From Eledone cirrhosa (Eukaryota): 64,000 nucleotides of DNA. Made by a program: the position numbers and the translations under genes. Within the stretch, counting starts at the first letter, position 1, and the number at the start of each line of letters is the position of its first letter. Positions 12,790-27,569 of the stretch are shown piece by piece. The stretch is from contig OZ024741.1 of NCBI GenBank assembly GCA_964016885.1, positions 252,836,001 to 252,900,000 on the forward strand, read 5' to 3'. The notes beneath the pieces are model-generated. The model searched no databases, was not told the origin of the DNA, and saw nothing but the letters and a program-made list of their open reading frames with translations.

Positions 12790-13625
12790 CAATGTCTTGC
12801 AGAGGGTTTGACACATGATACCTTATTGCGGTGACACTTTCTATCATACACTATGATACATCTGGCAGATGTATCATAGTGTATATGTCTACCTAACAGA
12901 TGTGTCTCACATCTGATAAAAGTGTTTGAGACAGGCCACCTTATTGTGATATGATTATCTGTCAGAAATAACATCTGCCAGATGTATCTTCCTGACAGAT
13001 GTGTGTCACAGCATCTGAGGAATGTTGAAACGTCTCACCTTATTATGTGAATGTTGGTAAAAAGTAATGTCTGGCAGTAGTATAATAATATATATATCTG
13101 CCTGACAGATATATCCCATAGCATCTGGTGAGATGTTTTGACACATGCCACCTTATTGTGATACAATTGTTTGCCAGAAATAACATCTGGCATATGTATA
13201 ATAGTATATTATCTGACTGACAGATGTGTGTTACAGCATCTGGTGGAAGTTTTTTTTTTTTACACAACACCTTCACTGGCAGATGTACCATAGTGTATGT
13301 GTCTACTTAACAGATGTGTCACAGTGATGGCACTGTCAGAAGTATCATCTGGCAGATGTACCATAGTGTATGTGTCTACTTAACAGATGTGTCAGTGATG
13401 GCACTGTCAGAAGTATCATCTGGCAGATGTACCATAGTGTATGTGTCTACTTAACAGATGTGTCACAGTGATGGCACTAACAGAAGTATCATCTGGCAGA
13501 TGTAACACAGCATCTGGTGGAAGATTTTTAACACACATCACTTTATTGTGATGTGATTGTTTGTCAGATACAACGTCTAGCAGATATTCATACAGTCTAT
13601 ATATCTGCCAGGCAGATGTGTGCTG
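12790..13625. repeat. Degenerate tandem repeat with a young 71-73 bp x3 core (13276-13500)
   Basis: Recurring catctggcagatgtaccatagtgtatgtgtctac units. Confidence 0.8.
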
Positions 13626-13998
13626 CTGCAATGTATGTATCTGTTAGTCTTACCAAATTAATATGCATGTCTCTCTGAAAAATATGTTAAAGAGAGAGGG
13701 GTAGGGAGAGAAAGAGAGAGACAGACAGTCAGACAGGCAGACACATAAAGGTATAGCTGTGAGAAACCTCTGTTGGAAAATGTAATATTGTCAGACACTG
13801 TTTGTAAACACTGCAACACAATAATATCTGTATGTGTTATAACAGTAACCACAATATACATTACATATATAGATATAAATTGTTTCATACATACAACATG
13901 TATTATACTACCTTAGGTTGCAGGCTGAATGTATATATGTGTGTGTGTGTCTGTGTGTATGTGTGTGTCTGTGGGTATGTGCGTGTGTGTGTGTGTAA

Positions 13999-14042
<44 letters not shown>

Positions 14043-15016
14043 AGTATGTTGTCGAACTCATGCCAGCATGGTAATTGGACTCAAAATGATGATGTATATG
14101 TGTATATGTATGTGTGTATATATGTGTCTTTTATATGCATGTATTTTATATTGTGTGTGCATAAACTTTACAGAACATTAGTGATGTTTCCACCATAACA
14201 TTTCCATAGAAAGTTCAAAAGTTCTCTCCCCTTCTTCTCTCTTCCAAGTCTCTCAATCCCTCAAGAGATTTAAAAGTACAATTTTAAATATATTTACAAC
14301 TGTGTGTGTGTGTGTGTGTATGCTACTGATGAACAATGCCACACCAAGATATCAGAAGAGGTCAGGAAGAGATTCTAAGTTCAAGACAGACCCAGATGGA
14401 ATGTTCAGCATCATTTTCAATTAATTTTCAGACTATCTAGTTTTCTGTTTACTCTGGAACCGATGAAAGATATGTTGGTTGGTTGACTGACTGGCTGGAT
14501 GACTGGTTGGATGGCTGATTGGATGGCTGGTTGGTTGGTATATTTCTGTATTAAACTCTGTTTCAACATTCTGTGCTATAAAGGTGAGATGCACTTGAAT
14601 AGTGAATTGAAACTATTGAAAAATCACTGAAAAATTACTGCATCCATAAATGCAATCTATTGCTGTAGTTTGATGCTACAAATGCAGTCAAAATAGACAT
14701 GTCCTGATTCAGGTTAATAGCAAATATTGATGTCTGATATAGTCACAGGGGCACAAATGTTGGTGTTTAGGGAAGATAGGGAAGCAAAAGAAGGATGTAG
14801 TAAATTTTGATTAACACTGACCTCCAGTTCATGACTGGGACTTATTTTAAAGGGCAAAGTTGACCTTGGTGGGATTTGTAATCAGAACATAGCAATTTAG
14901 AAATTTAATACCACAAAATATTTTGTCCAATGTTCTATAATTTCTGCAACCCCATCACCATTGTTATTCATCATATATTAAAGAGGTAGAAATAAAAAAA
15001 AACTTGCATTTACATG

Positions 15017-15051
<35 letters not shown>

Positions 15052-15689
15052 TATAGACATATATACATATTTATGCATACATATATATATATATATATAC
15101 AGATACACACATACACACACATTTATATGTATATATATATGTATAGACATATATATGTATATATACATATATATATACATATATATATTTATACACACAC
15201 ACACACACACACAGACACACATATATATATAAATAGTTGGTATCAGGAAGGGCATCTGCCTGTAAAACATTGCCTCAAAAAGTCCTGTTCAGCCCATGCC
15301 AGCATGGAAAAGTTGACATAAAAACAATGATGGTGATGATGATGATGATGATAATGATGATGATGATGTCGATGATGATGATGATATGCCATATAAGCCT
15401 ATGTATAAATCACACCGGTAGATAAGTTGCAGCACCATATACATACAACAATCTTGATTCCGTATTTGTATGTATTGATGTTTATTTAGTATGTTCAATA
15501 AATAAGTCACATGCTGGTTTTCACATATTTTCGTGGAAAAAGGTATGATTTATACACAAATATACATGGAATATTGCAACATTTTTCAATATTAGTCTAT
15601 TTTTAGATGTTAAATGTTAATTTAGATGTTAAATATCTGGATATTTTAGTTAGGGAGCTGTCAGCAACAAGTTGACAAAGATCCCTCAC

Positions 15690-15935
15690 TGCATCCTCTC
15701 CTGTGCCTTACATAGACAAAACTTTCCTTAGAATTTTTGCTGTCCCAAGAAATGCTGTTTTATGCATGGCCTGTAACCTTGCATCAATTCCGATTCTATT
15801 TATAGAGTCCTCAAAATGGTCCGATAGGCATCTCAACTCTCCAATGTTCTCCTTCAGTGGCTTAAACTTCTCCATCTTTTCATGGTCTTTATTGTTCACT
15901 CCACTATTTCCTGGGAGAGAGATATCGATAATCAT
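15690..15935 (-). mobile_element. R4/Dong-like non-LTR retrotransposon, restriction-like endonuclease fragment
   Basis: IIDISLPG...KDHEKMEKF..L...KTAFLGTAKILRKVL, next to (TAA)n. Confidence 0.75.
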
Positions 15936-16037
15936 TATTATTATTGTTATTATTGTTATTATGAATTTAATATCTGTCATTGATGTTATTCAATCAGAAA
16001 AATTACCTAAATGAAAATCAAGTTGCTACCCACAGCT

Positions 16038-16290
16038 TCAGATATTCAGCATATATCGAAGGGTCATAGCTGTTCCAAGTAGGCCAGCCTTTTGAAGTGT
16101 TCTAAAAAAAGGTTGCTGGGCTAATGGTCGTTAGCTTGCTTTGGAAACTCTTTGAGACAGTACCTAGAGCTCTTATGATAATTGGGGTGACCTTGAACCC
16201 ATGACAATCCATAATCTTTTTCAGTTCTCACTTTAGATCCTTGTACAGGTTAATTATCTCCTCTCTTTTTTTTTTTTGCATTCTTGATTC
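16038..16290 (-). mobile_element. Second R4/Dong-like RLE fragment
   Basis: Broken frames YKDLK.ELKKI...KVTPIIIRALGTVSK...LQKAGLLGTAMTLRYMLNI*. Confidence 0.7.
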
Positions 16291-16449
16291 AAAAGGGTAA
16301 GCTACATCTATAATCAAACAAAATATTATTATTGTTGCTGTTGTTGTTATTATTATTATTATTGTTATTATTATTATTATCATTTTTTTTGCTGGCCTGC
16401 GAGTCTAAAGTAGAAACAGTTATTATTATTATCATTATTATCACTATCA

Positions 16450-16630
16450 GGGGCGGTAGAGGGTCGGACGCCATGCTTTGACGCATAGAGTTACGGCCCT
16501 TGCCATTCTGAGTTCAAATCCCGCTGAGGTTAACTTTGTCTTTCATCCTTACGGGGGTCGATAAAATAAAGTACCAGTAATGCACTGGGATAATTGCTGG
16601 CCTTGTGCCAAAAGTAGAAACAATTATTAT
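16450..16630 (+). mobile_element. tRNA-derived SINE family 2
   Basis: GAGTTCAAATCC B box, TTTCATCCTTACGGGG(G)TCGATAAAATAAAGTACC body, AGTAGAAACAATTATT tail. Copies at 23405-23498(-), 34385-34575(-), 39232-39420(+), 47589-47780(+), 48270-48790(+), 53418-53558(+), 61615-61950(+), 62290-62490(-). Confidence 0.85.
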
Positions 16631-16905
16631 CACTATCATCATAATTATTATTCCCTTTTCTTATCTATTTTTCTTTGTTTACTTGTCATATTGTGTCTGT
16701 AATAAGTTGTGTACTCGTTGTCTGAGTTTTGCCATGTTACTGCATCCTTTTAGTGTGTACTCCTCCTCCTCCTTCTTGTCTGACAGCTTTTATCGTTTCA
16801 ATGTACGTGTAGGAAGCTGGAAAACATACAGAAATTTTAAAATATAGTTATATTACTGTTATATGTCCATTAGTGTGTGTATGTATATATATATATATGT
16901 AAATA

Positions 16906-16958
<53 letters not shown>

Positions 16959-17039
16959 TTACATATATATATACATACACACACTACATATATATCTATA
17001 TGTATATACATACACACACACTATATATATATATATACA

Positions 17040-17107
<68 letters not shown>

Positions 17108-17165
17108 AAATATATATATACATATATATATATGTAAATATATATATATATATATATGTATGTAA

Positions 17166-17216
<51 letters not shown>

Positions 17217-17254
17217 AATATATATATATATAAAATAAATAAATAAATAAATAA

Positions 17255-17748
17255 TTATTGTTCTTCTACATGGCTGAATACAATAAATGTAATCTGAGAT
17301 TTTCGAATATTAATACTAATATTTGATTCTTTGCAATTATGCAAACAGCCTCTTTTTTAAAGCCATGTCAGTAGAATGAGCCCCTCATTCTTGCTCTTGT
17401 GTTGGCATGCAAACAGAATGGCAGACAGAAATCTTTCTGGGTATTACCCTTCATCAGTACAGCTCACTGTTCACCTGCCAACTGTCAGAGCTAGTGAACA
17501 TATATGGTATTTTCTAAAATATGCAGTGACTGATCGACCTGATTTGCATATCAGCAGACTGGCTGATCAGTCAGATCTGCATATTAGCAGATCCATATGT
17601 AAACAGAAATGCAGTTCTGTTTACATGACAACACAAGAGCAAGAATGAGGGGCTCATTCTACTGACATGGCTTTAAAAAAGAGGCTGTTTGCATAATTGC
17701 AAACAAATCGAATATTAGTATTAATATTCGAAAAACTCAGATTACTTT
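17255..17748. mobile_element. Fold-back element with ~120-bp inverted arms
   Basis: Arms ~17289-17410 and ~17625-17746, hammerhead-like core inside, (TA)n flanks. Confidence 0.65.
17421..17460 (-). ncRNA. Degenerate hammerhead-like motif
   Basis: gta-CTGATGA-agggt aat accca-GAAA-gatttct-GTC^tgc; helices I and III are weak. Confidence 0.45.
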
Positions 17749-17765
17749 TTTATATATATATATAT

Positions 17766-18000
17766 AATGTGGAAAGTGATATAATGCTAAACAATCTAAA
17801 ATGGATGGTAAGATGAAGGTAATGAAAAAGTTAGTTACCTGGTAATCTTTGCTTTGTTATTTTGTTGCTGTTGCTGTTGAAAGAAACAAAAGGATTACCA
17901 GGTTACTAACTTTTTCATTACCTTCATCTGACTATCCATTTTGCATTGTTTAGCATTATATCCCTTTCTGCATTACAATGCTTCAAGCAAACTACAACAT
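17766..18000. mobile_element. Fold-back element
   Basis: About 90-bp imperfect inverted arms centred ~17870, short right tail. Confidence 0.55.
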
Positions 18001-18002
18001 AA

Positions 18003-18060
<58 letters not shown>

Positions 18061-18316
18061 TATACAAAAAGTCAACCAGAAAAAAACAAAATGGAGAAAC
18101 AATACAGTACAATGATGATATGTATTAGTTTAACACTTGATATAGTAGAAAAAGAGTCTCAATGTTTCGGACATCAGTCTTTCATCAGATGATAGAATGC
18201 TAATTAGAAGAAATAGAAATAAAAGATTAGACAAGAATAAGAAAAGGAAGAAACAAATTTCTTTTTATTTTACAGGAGGAAATCACATATGTGTTTAGTT
18301 AGTCATTTTGGCGAAG

Positions 18317-18353
<37 letters not shown>

Positions 18354-18536
18354 ATAATAATAAATTTGAAGACTAAAATCCAAAGAGGGCTCGATAAGGA
18401 TAAATATATATCAAATATATAAGAATTGTAGAGCAAATATTTATTAAAATAACAGATTAAAGTTTAAACAAAGAATCGCTGCTTTCACCCTTAACGCGAT
18501 TTTCTGACATATATATATATATATACATATATATAC

Positions 18537-18616
<80 letters not shown>

Positions 18617-18864
18617 GTATATATATATATGTATATATATATATAAACACACAGTCCACGCTGTAATGTGGCCGTGTAGGTAACACGGTAAAAACCTCCC
18701 AGTCCACACTGTAAACGTGGTTGGTGTTAGGAAGGGCATCAAGCCGTAGAAAACCCACCAGACAGTCCTGAGCAAGACAACCAATCTTGCCTCAAGTGGG
18801 ACAATTCCCGCCCAGACCCATGCTAGCATGGAAAATGGACGTTAAACGATGATGATGATGATAA

Positions 18865-18907
<43 letters not shown>

Positions 18908-18908
<1 letters not shown>

Positions 18909-19165
18909 AGTAAGAATATTTTCGAAACAGTGAGTTGATTTGAAATTATTAGAAATGTTAGCTATCGCCGTATTTTGACTAAAGGAATTAAATAAATTAT
19001 TTAGCCTGATAGTGGGGTTAAGAACCCTCGGAGAAATGGAAAAAGATGAGTATTGACGTACATGTATGTCAATACTCATCTTTTTCCATTTCTCCGAGAT
19101 TTCTTAACCCCACTATCAGGCTAAATAATTTATTTAATTTCTTTAGTCAAAATACGGCGATAGCC
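18908..19165. mobile_element. Fold-back element
   Basis: About 100-bp arms centred on gacgtacatgtatgtc (~19062), left tail; right end abuts a SINE. Confidence 0.65.
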
Positions 19166-19505
19166 ACATGGCTTAGTGGTTGAGCATTGGCCTTGCAATC
19201 GAAAGGTTGTGAGTTCAATTCTCAGACCGGGTGATGTGTTGTTTCCTTGAGCAAGACACTTTATTTCACATTGCTCCAGTTTACTCAGCTGTAGAAATGA
19301 GATGATAGGGACTGGGGTCCCTATCATTCCACTGCAAAGTGACCGTGGAGGTGCCACGGCAAAAAAGCACCCAGCACTCACTGTAAATGAGGTTGGTGTT
19401 AGGAAGGGCATCCAGCTGTAGAAATCAAGCCAGAATCAGTTCCCGTCCCACCCTTGCAAGCAGGGAAACGTGGATGTAAAATGAAATGATGAAATGATGA
19501 AATGA
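19163..19505 (+). mobile_element. SINE family 1, near full-length copy
   Basis: Near-identical to 2618-2965. Confidence 0.85.
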
Positions 19506-20015
19506 AATTATATATATATATATATATATGTGTACATATATATATATGCATATATATATATATATGTATATACATATATATGCATATATATATATATATA
19601 TATGATTAATAATTATTATGGACAAGGTGTTAAATTTTCATTAAGTTTATTCAGCTGTGATGTGCACTTTGTGATTGATCAGCTTAAGGTTTGATCTCTA
19701 TTGATCGGGCCCGACTCTGGAATCAAATGCTCATCAGACTTTTGTCAGCTTAAAGACGGAATGATTCATGTACAATGTTAACAACATATATCTGTTCTCA
19801 TTCATTTGGGGGTGGTCAGTTTTTCTTTGTTTTGATTGGTTGTTTTAGGAAGAGAATATATGTGAAGATGTGGGAGAGGGGAAGGGAAGATGTAGAAAGA
19901 AAGAAGGGATTGAGTAGATGAAAGAATGATGGTAGAGTACATCCTGTGGTAAAGGTGGGGATGAAGTGTGGCATTGACTATTTAATATATCTTTATATAT
20001 ATATATATATATATG

Positions 20016-20553
20016 AAAATTAGAATTGGTACTCTGAAATAGCGATGTATATATGAATGTATATATAGTGTATTTGGCAATACACTGTATGCTTAATTAA
20101 AAGCATTTTGAAGACCTTACGCTATTGTTTTAAAGTAGTGACTATGTCACTTACTTCTTTTTTCAACAAACAAAGGGAGATTAATTAAGCATACAGTGTA
20201 TTGCCAAATACACTATATATACATTCATATATATATCGCTATTTCAGAGCACCAATTCTAATTTTCAATTTTTGCTGGACTGGCAACCGCTCTGTATAAT
20301 CAGTTCCTGGTTATTACTGGAATTCTATAAGAATCCAACATTTATAATTTTCAACAGGCAAAGGGGAGTGCTAGGCTCTGACGAATACCAACAGTATGAA
20401 ACAGAGATCTGTCAGCTTATCTCCCTTTGTTTGTTGAAAAAAGAAGTAAGTGACATAGTCACTACTTTAAAACAATAGCGTAAGGTCTTCAAAATGCTTT
20501 TAATTAAGCATACAGTACAGTGTATTGCCAAATACACTATATATACATTCATA
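20016..20553. mobile_element. Compound inverted PLE-derived element with hammerhead
   Basis: 20016-20105 is mirrored at 20180-20265 and again at 20420-20553; intact hammerhead at 20372. Confidence 0.7.
20372..20419 (+). ncRNA. Type I hammerhead ribozyme, GUC site
   Basis: taggct-CTGACGA-atac caaca gtat-GAAA-cagagatctg-TC^agctta; all helices pair. Confidence 0.85.
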
Positions 20554-20556
20554 TAT

Positions 20557-21460
20557 CTTCTTCTTCACCACTTATTCCTGAGAGGGTTGTGGGGGCAGAG
20601 TCCTGAAACACTCCTTCCAGCAGGTCCTGTCAGAAGCAGCTGTCTCCATCTAATCCGATTTATTCCCCAAAGCATGACCAGCCGAGCTCATGGATATTGT
20701 CCAACCATCTTGCTCGGGGTCTACCCCTAGGTCTCTTGCCAGTTGGTTTTGCCCATAAAATCTGTCCAGCGATTCTTTCCTAGACATTCTAATCACATCC
20801 ACATAGTATATATATATATGTACTAGTCAGTCTTTAAGGTGCAACTCTAGATCTGCCAATGGTGCAGCTAGTCTTTAGGGTGCTACTCTAGATGTGCCAT
20901 TGGTGCAGCCAGTCTTTGGTGTGCCACTCCAAATGCTTTTGCAGTCAGTATATGCCTCCATGTCCCTCTCAGGAATAAGTGGGTGAAGAAGAAGCCTGTT
21001 CTTCTTCACCCTGCCTCAACTGTGCCCCGAAGGATGGTTTAGCACAAAGAGTTGTGGCAGGATATTTGACCAGTCCAGGTAAGCTTTTGTCTTTTCACTA
21101 TCGCAAGGAGTGGTTCCTGTCTGCCGCTATATTTTTTAATTTGCTGCCTGACAATGCTGTTTGTTTTGTGCTCCATCTATGAAGTACTTGTGCTCAAACG
21201 ATTGAATTCTTCCTTCAATGTCAGCCGTGAGAGTCCAACTCTCAAACTCATACAAAAGGATCGAAGTCACCAGGGACTTGTACAGTTTGTGCTTCGCTGG
21301 AAAACTAATGGAGTAGTTTTTCTATATGATGTTCAGCTTTCCCATGGCAGAAGTGGCCAAGGTCTTGTCAGTTCCTCCTTTTGAGATCTGGCATCTTTGG
21401 TCAGAGTGGATCCTAAGTACTTGAATGTGTTCACTTCTTTAAGTCTTCTGCAGTTCGGAA
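20557..21460 (-). mobile_element. Two RTE-clade LINE 3' fragments
   Basis: LKEVNTFKYLGSTLTKD..., LYKSLVTSILLY..ESWTL, and GKRPRGRPRARW motifs with (GAA)n tails. Confidence 0.7.
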
Positions 21461-21494
21461 AGTTGCTGGTTGCTCCTATTCTGATTATTAATAG

Positions 21495-21829
21495 CACACA
21501 CACACAACATAGTAACACCACCAATAATAACAACACAGACACCAAACTACCAACACCACAACACAACCACCACACACATATACACACAACCACCACACAC
21601 ACGCAACCACCAATAACAACACACACTTACACCTCACACTGCCACCACCACCACCACCACCACCACCACCAACAACAACAGACACACACACACTTCCACA
21701 TCACACTGCCACCACCACCACCACCACCAACAACAACAACAGACACACACACACACTTCCACCTCACACTGCCACCACCACCACCACCAACAACAACAAC
21801 AGACACACACACACTTCCACCTCACACTG

Positions 21830-21860
<31 letters not shown>

Positions 21861-21978
21861 AATCAACAACTTCAACAACAAAAAAACACCCACCCATCTT
21901 CACACTCTCACCACCACCACCAACAACAACAAAACACACACCACCAAAATCACATTCATACAACCACAATCACACGCC

Positions 21979-22009
<31 letters not shown>

Positions 22010-22750
22010 GAAACAACAAAACACACACCAATCTTCATACTCTCACCACCACAACCAACAACAACAACAACACACACTACCACCATCACAATCATACACA
22101 CCATCACCAACACCAGCAACAACAAAACACACACTATTGCTATCACAATCACACATACCACCATATACAGCACTAATACCACCAACATCATCACCACCAC
22201 CACCATCATCACCACTACCATCACAACTCCTACCATCACCACCACTACCATCACCATCAGCACCACCTGCACCACTGCTACTATCACCACCACTAACATC
22301 ACTACCATCACCACCATCACCACCACTACCATCACTACCACCATCACCACCACTTCCACCTACACCACTGCTACCATCACCTCCACCGCCATCACTACCA
22401 TCATCCCGACCACCACCACCACTACCATCATCCCCACCACCACCTACACTTCCACCTCCACTACCATCACTACCACCAACCACCATCATCAACACCATCA
22501 CTTACACCACCACTACCATCACCATCACCCTAACCTAGACCACAGCTACCACCACCACCACCATCACCTCTACCTAGACCACACAACCATTGCCACCACC
22601 ACCATCACCCTAACCTAGACCACAGCTACCATTGCCACCACCACCACCACCACCACCACCACCACCCCTACCTAGACCACAGCTACCACTACAATCACCA
22701 CCACTACCATCACCGCCATCACCACCACAACTAGCACAACCACACACCCA
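21495..22750. repeat. Compound (CAC/CAA) microsatellite
   Basis: Direct inspection. Confidence 0.9.
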
Positions 22751-23126
22751 GACACTACAGCACACTCTTATCTTCAGGGAACTTTCCAGATATAGTTGAG
22801 ACATTCTAGCAACCAAAATAAGGTTATTTTTGGTTCCTTTTCTCTGCAATTAGACATTGTAATTATGTGACCACACCCTACACCTCTTCCATGCCACCTC
22901 CCCCTTTAATGATGTATGTAGCATGGTAGGTGGTGGGTTGGGAGGGAATGCCTTGATGTTACCTCTTCCCATTCCCACGTCCACCTCCACCTCATTGGTA
23001 ATTTTTAGTTTGGTTCTTGGCAAACACAATCCAGGCATTTTATATATAGTTTGTGTGTGTTCATATATTTATATATATGTAGACACACAAACACATATAT
23101 ATACATAAATACACACACTCTATACA

Positions 23127-23159
<33 letters not shown>

Positions 23160-23172
<13 letters not shown>

Positions 23173-24155
23173 TGAGGATGTCCGTCTGTGTGTGTGTGAG
23201 TTTGAATCCCTAAAACTCAGAACCACCCAACCGACTGTTTTCAAATGTTACACATGTAATACTTATGTTTCAGGGAGTGTTCTGAGCAAAAGTTTCAAAT
23301 TTTCAATGTCCTAGGGACCGCATTAGGCGATTTAGCGATCTCTCTCTATAATTCTTAGTCTTTCTCTTTTTAGACAGATACGTAGATATAACGTTGTGCC
23401 CTTATAATTGTTTCTACTTTTGGCACAAGGCCATCAATTACCTAGTACATTACTGGTACTTTATTTTATCGACCCCATAAGGATGAAAGGCAAAGTTATA
23501 ATATCTGTCTGTATGTCTGGCTGTCTACATTACGTCACTTCCCTGACGATGTATGTCTCTGTGGGTGTCTGTGAGTTTGAATCCCTAAAACTCGAGAAGT
23601 ACCCAACCGACTTTTTTCAAACTTTACATGTGTATTACTTATGTTTCAGGGAGTGTTATGCACATGAAAAAATTCAACTTTTTGATCTCCTAGGCATTAG
23701 GTGAAAAGCTGCGTTTTTTAAACTTTTTAGGGGTTTTTTGAGGCGTTATGTCAGACCGATTCCCTTAAAATTGTAACTATATATTAGTCAGTCTCTTCTT
23801 CATACCATGAGCAAAGAAAATCCAACTTTTTTATGGCCTAGGCCCCGCATTAGGTGAAAAACTTCATTTTTTCAGCTTTTTAGGGCTTTTTGGAGGCGTT
23901 ACGTCTAGCCGATTTTCCCGAAATTTCAAGGCATATTATGCACATAAAAAAAATTCCTTTTCTTGATCCCCTAGGGCCCGCATTAGGTGAAAACCTGCAT
24001 TATTCCTGCTTCATAGAGGAAAATCTCAGCCATCAGATTATTCGGTTTATTTTCTTTACATATTGTCCAGGCATGCAGTTTTTCCATGATTAGGTCTGTT
24101 GGCGGCCCACCTTCCAAAATACCTTATCCCGTGCAACGTCAGGTACCACTGCTAG
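23160..24155 (+). mobile_element. Non-autonomous Helitron-like element
   Basis: 5' TATATATAAAACTGAGGATGTCCGTCTGTGTG, internal repeats, 3' hairpin cccgtgcaacgtcagg then CTAG|T. Contains a SINE fragment. Confidence 0.7.
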
Positions 24156-24186
<31 letters not shown>

Positions 24187-24214
24187 ATATGTGTGTGTAT
24201 ATATATATATTTAT

Positions 24215-25003
<789 letters not shown>

Positions 25004-27569
25004 GTATCTATGCATATACATATCATCACCGTTTAACATCTATTTTCCATGCTAGCATGGGTTGGTTATTATGAGGTCAGACAGTTGAAATGACCATATC
25101 TTGTCCATACACTGTATTTTTGGCTTGGTTATCTATGGCTAAATATTCTTTCTAATGCCAACCCCTTTACACTGTACTGGGAGCTTTTTGTTGTGGCACT
25201 CGCAATACCACCTTACAGAGTGGACTAAGTGCTTTTTATCATGGCACCAGCACTACTACTTTACAGAGTGGACTGGGAGCTTTTTGTTGTGGCACTCGCA
25301 ATATTACTTTATAAAGTGCACAGGGTTTTTTTGTTGTGACATCAGCACCACCTCCTTACAAGTGGACTAGGTGCATTTTGCCATGACACCAGCACAATTT
25401 CTTTACAGAGTAGACTGGGAGCCCTTTGTTGTGGTATTAGCATTATTCAACCTTACAAGGTTGACTGGGTGCTTTTTGTCATGTAACACCAGCACTACCA
25501 CCTTAGAGGGTGGTATTGGGTATGTTTTATCATATCACCAGTGAAACCTCAATAGGACATCTGGATGCTCATTGTGTCCTTGGCTCAGCTGGAGAGGCAA
25601 TACGGAGAGTAAGAAGAGAGAATAAGCTTGGGGTGGGGTGGGGGGTATCCCACAGTGAGAGTAGCTGGCATGTGATGGCGATGGCCTTGAAAAGAGGGAG
25701 ATGTGCTTAGTAGTATAGTGTGGAATGTGTCCAACTTTACATGCATGGTTGGGTTGGACTGGCTATGTGGTTGATGGAACCTTCATAATAGAATTCTACA
25801 ATGGATTAATGAAGGATGTGTGTGATGATGCTCTGGGAGAGATCCTAAGCATCAATGAAGACTAGTAAAAGGTGAAGGAAAAACATTCAGCTCAGGGACT
25901 AGCCAATTTCCAGGAATTGTTGGCCTGGCTGAGCTATAAGAGTAGGGGTGCAATGGGGATTACTGGTTTGGGATAAGCTACATGGTGACAGAGGTGTTGT
26001 CAATAAGGACTGTCTAAGGTGCACTTGTTTAGTGTATAAGCATTGATGGTATGCACACTTATGTTGAATTGCTGTTGGTATGTGACAAACCCAGGTGTTG
26101 GCTGATAAGGGGAGGTAGTATTGCTCTCTCTTGTGGATAGGGCAAATGCCTTGTATGCTAGAGGCAGCTAAAAGACTTGAGAGTCAAGTTCCACTTGGAG
26201 AGGAGCGTGAGGGTGAGAGTGAATAAATAGATAGATAGATATATATAGAGAGAGAAAGAGAGAGGTGTTGACCTCTAACATAATAGATTGGTGTTGCTTC
26301 ATCCCAGTTCAGCTCTATATGATGAAAGGCATTTCAACCATTTTTATGCCACCTTTTTCCTATGTGCAGGGAAGCCTTCTCCTTTAGTTCTGTTCGTTCT
26401 CCATGAAGCATTGGGCAATGAGAAATCTCCATTTCCCTTTGTTGTAAGCCTTGTATCTGCTTGTCATTTTTGTACTAATTTTGATTAATGAAGTATGGCC
26501 ACTAGCCACATTTTCCATCTGACTTCCTCAACACAGGCCAAAAAAACTGACCAAACATTTCGAAGTCGAATGCAGTGAGGTGTATGAGAGGGGACCAGTT
26601 CAGGTTCTATCATTAGATAGCGCTACATAACATTAGATAACACTTTGTCCAGTTCAAGATACCACACAGTGGGACTGAGACCAGAACAGAAACTCCTTAA
26701 CCAATCAGTCATGACAGCAATAACAATAAATTCAATTTTGGCTTTTTCAGCACCTCTCCCTTGCTACCCTCCAGAATAATGCTTTCTCTCATGTGTTCTC
26801 TGGAGCTATAATTTGGCATAAGCCTGGGGCTCTGCTCATTTGGAAGACAGAGCAGATGAACAAGGTGGGGGTTTGTGGCTACATGATATACTTTTGTCAA
26901 CTGTTTTTCTGGTTGCCATTGACCACTACATAAATATACACAAGACACCACACCGTTCTAGACATATAGATAAGCAATGTGAACTCTATTCTTCCAAGAT
27001 CTACACCTATGGACACACACACATAAATATACTCTCACACTTAAGTTAAAGTAAAATATATTTCTCGTATGGAAGAGAAAAATTATGAATGCGTTGCACT
27101 TCTGCTCTTAGACAGAGAAGAGTAAAAATAGAACGGAAAAAACAGAACACTGAAAGGAAACCCCTGTGAGCTGTTATAAACATGGTATAGCATGGTATGC
27201 TCCCAAAACTCCCGATAGAGTTGTAGGGGCACCGTAGGGGTATACAACATTTCTTGGGCATTTTAAGCCTTACAGCTGGATGGCCTTCCTAACACTAACC
27301 ACATTTATACTTATAAAACATAATCATACATAGACACAATATATAAATCAACATTAAATGGTGATGATGATGATGATGAAAATATAACCACACAGAGAAT
27401 ATATATTTATGAAATATAATCATATACACGCACACAATATGTATTTATAAAATATTCACACACACATACACAATATATATTTATGAAATGTAATCATACA
27501 CACAGAATATATACTTATGAAATATAATTGCACACACAGTGTACATATTTATTAAAAAAAAGTACTTAC

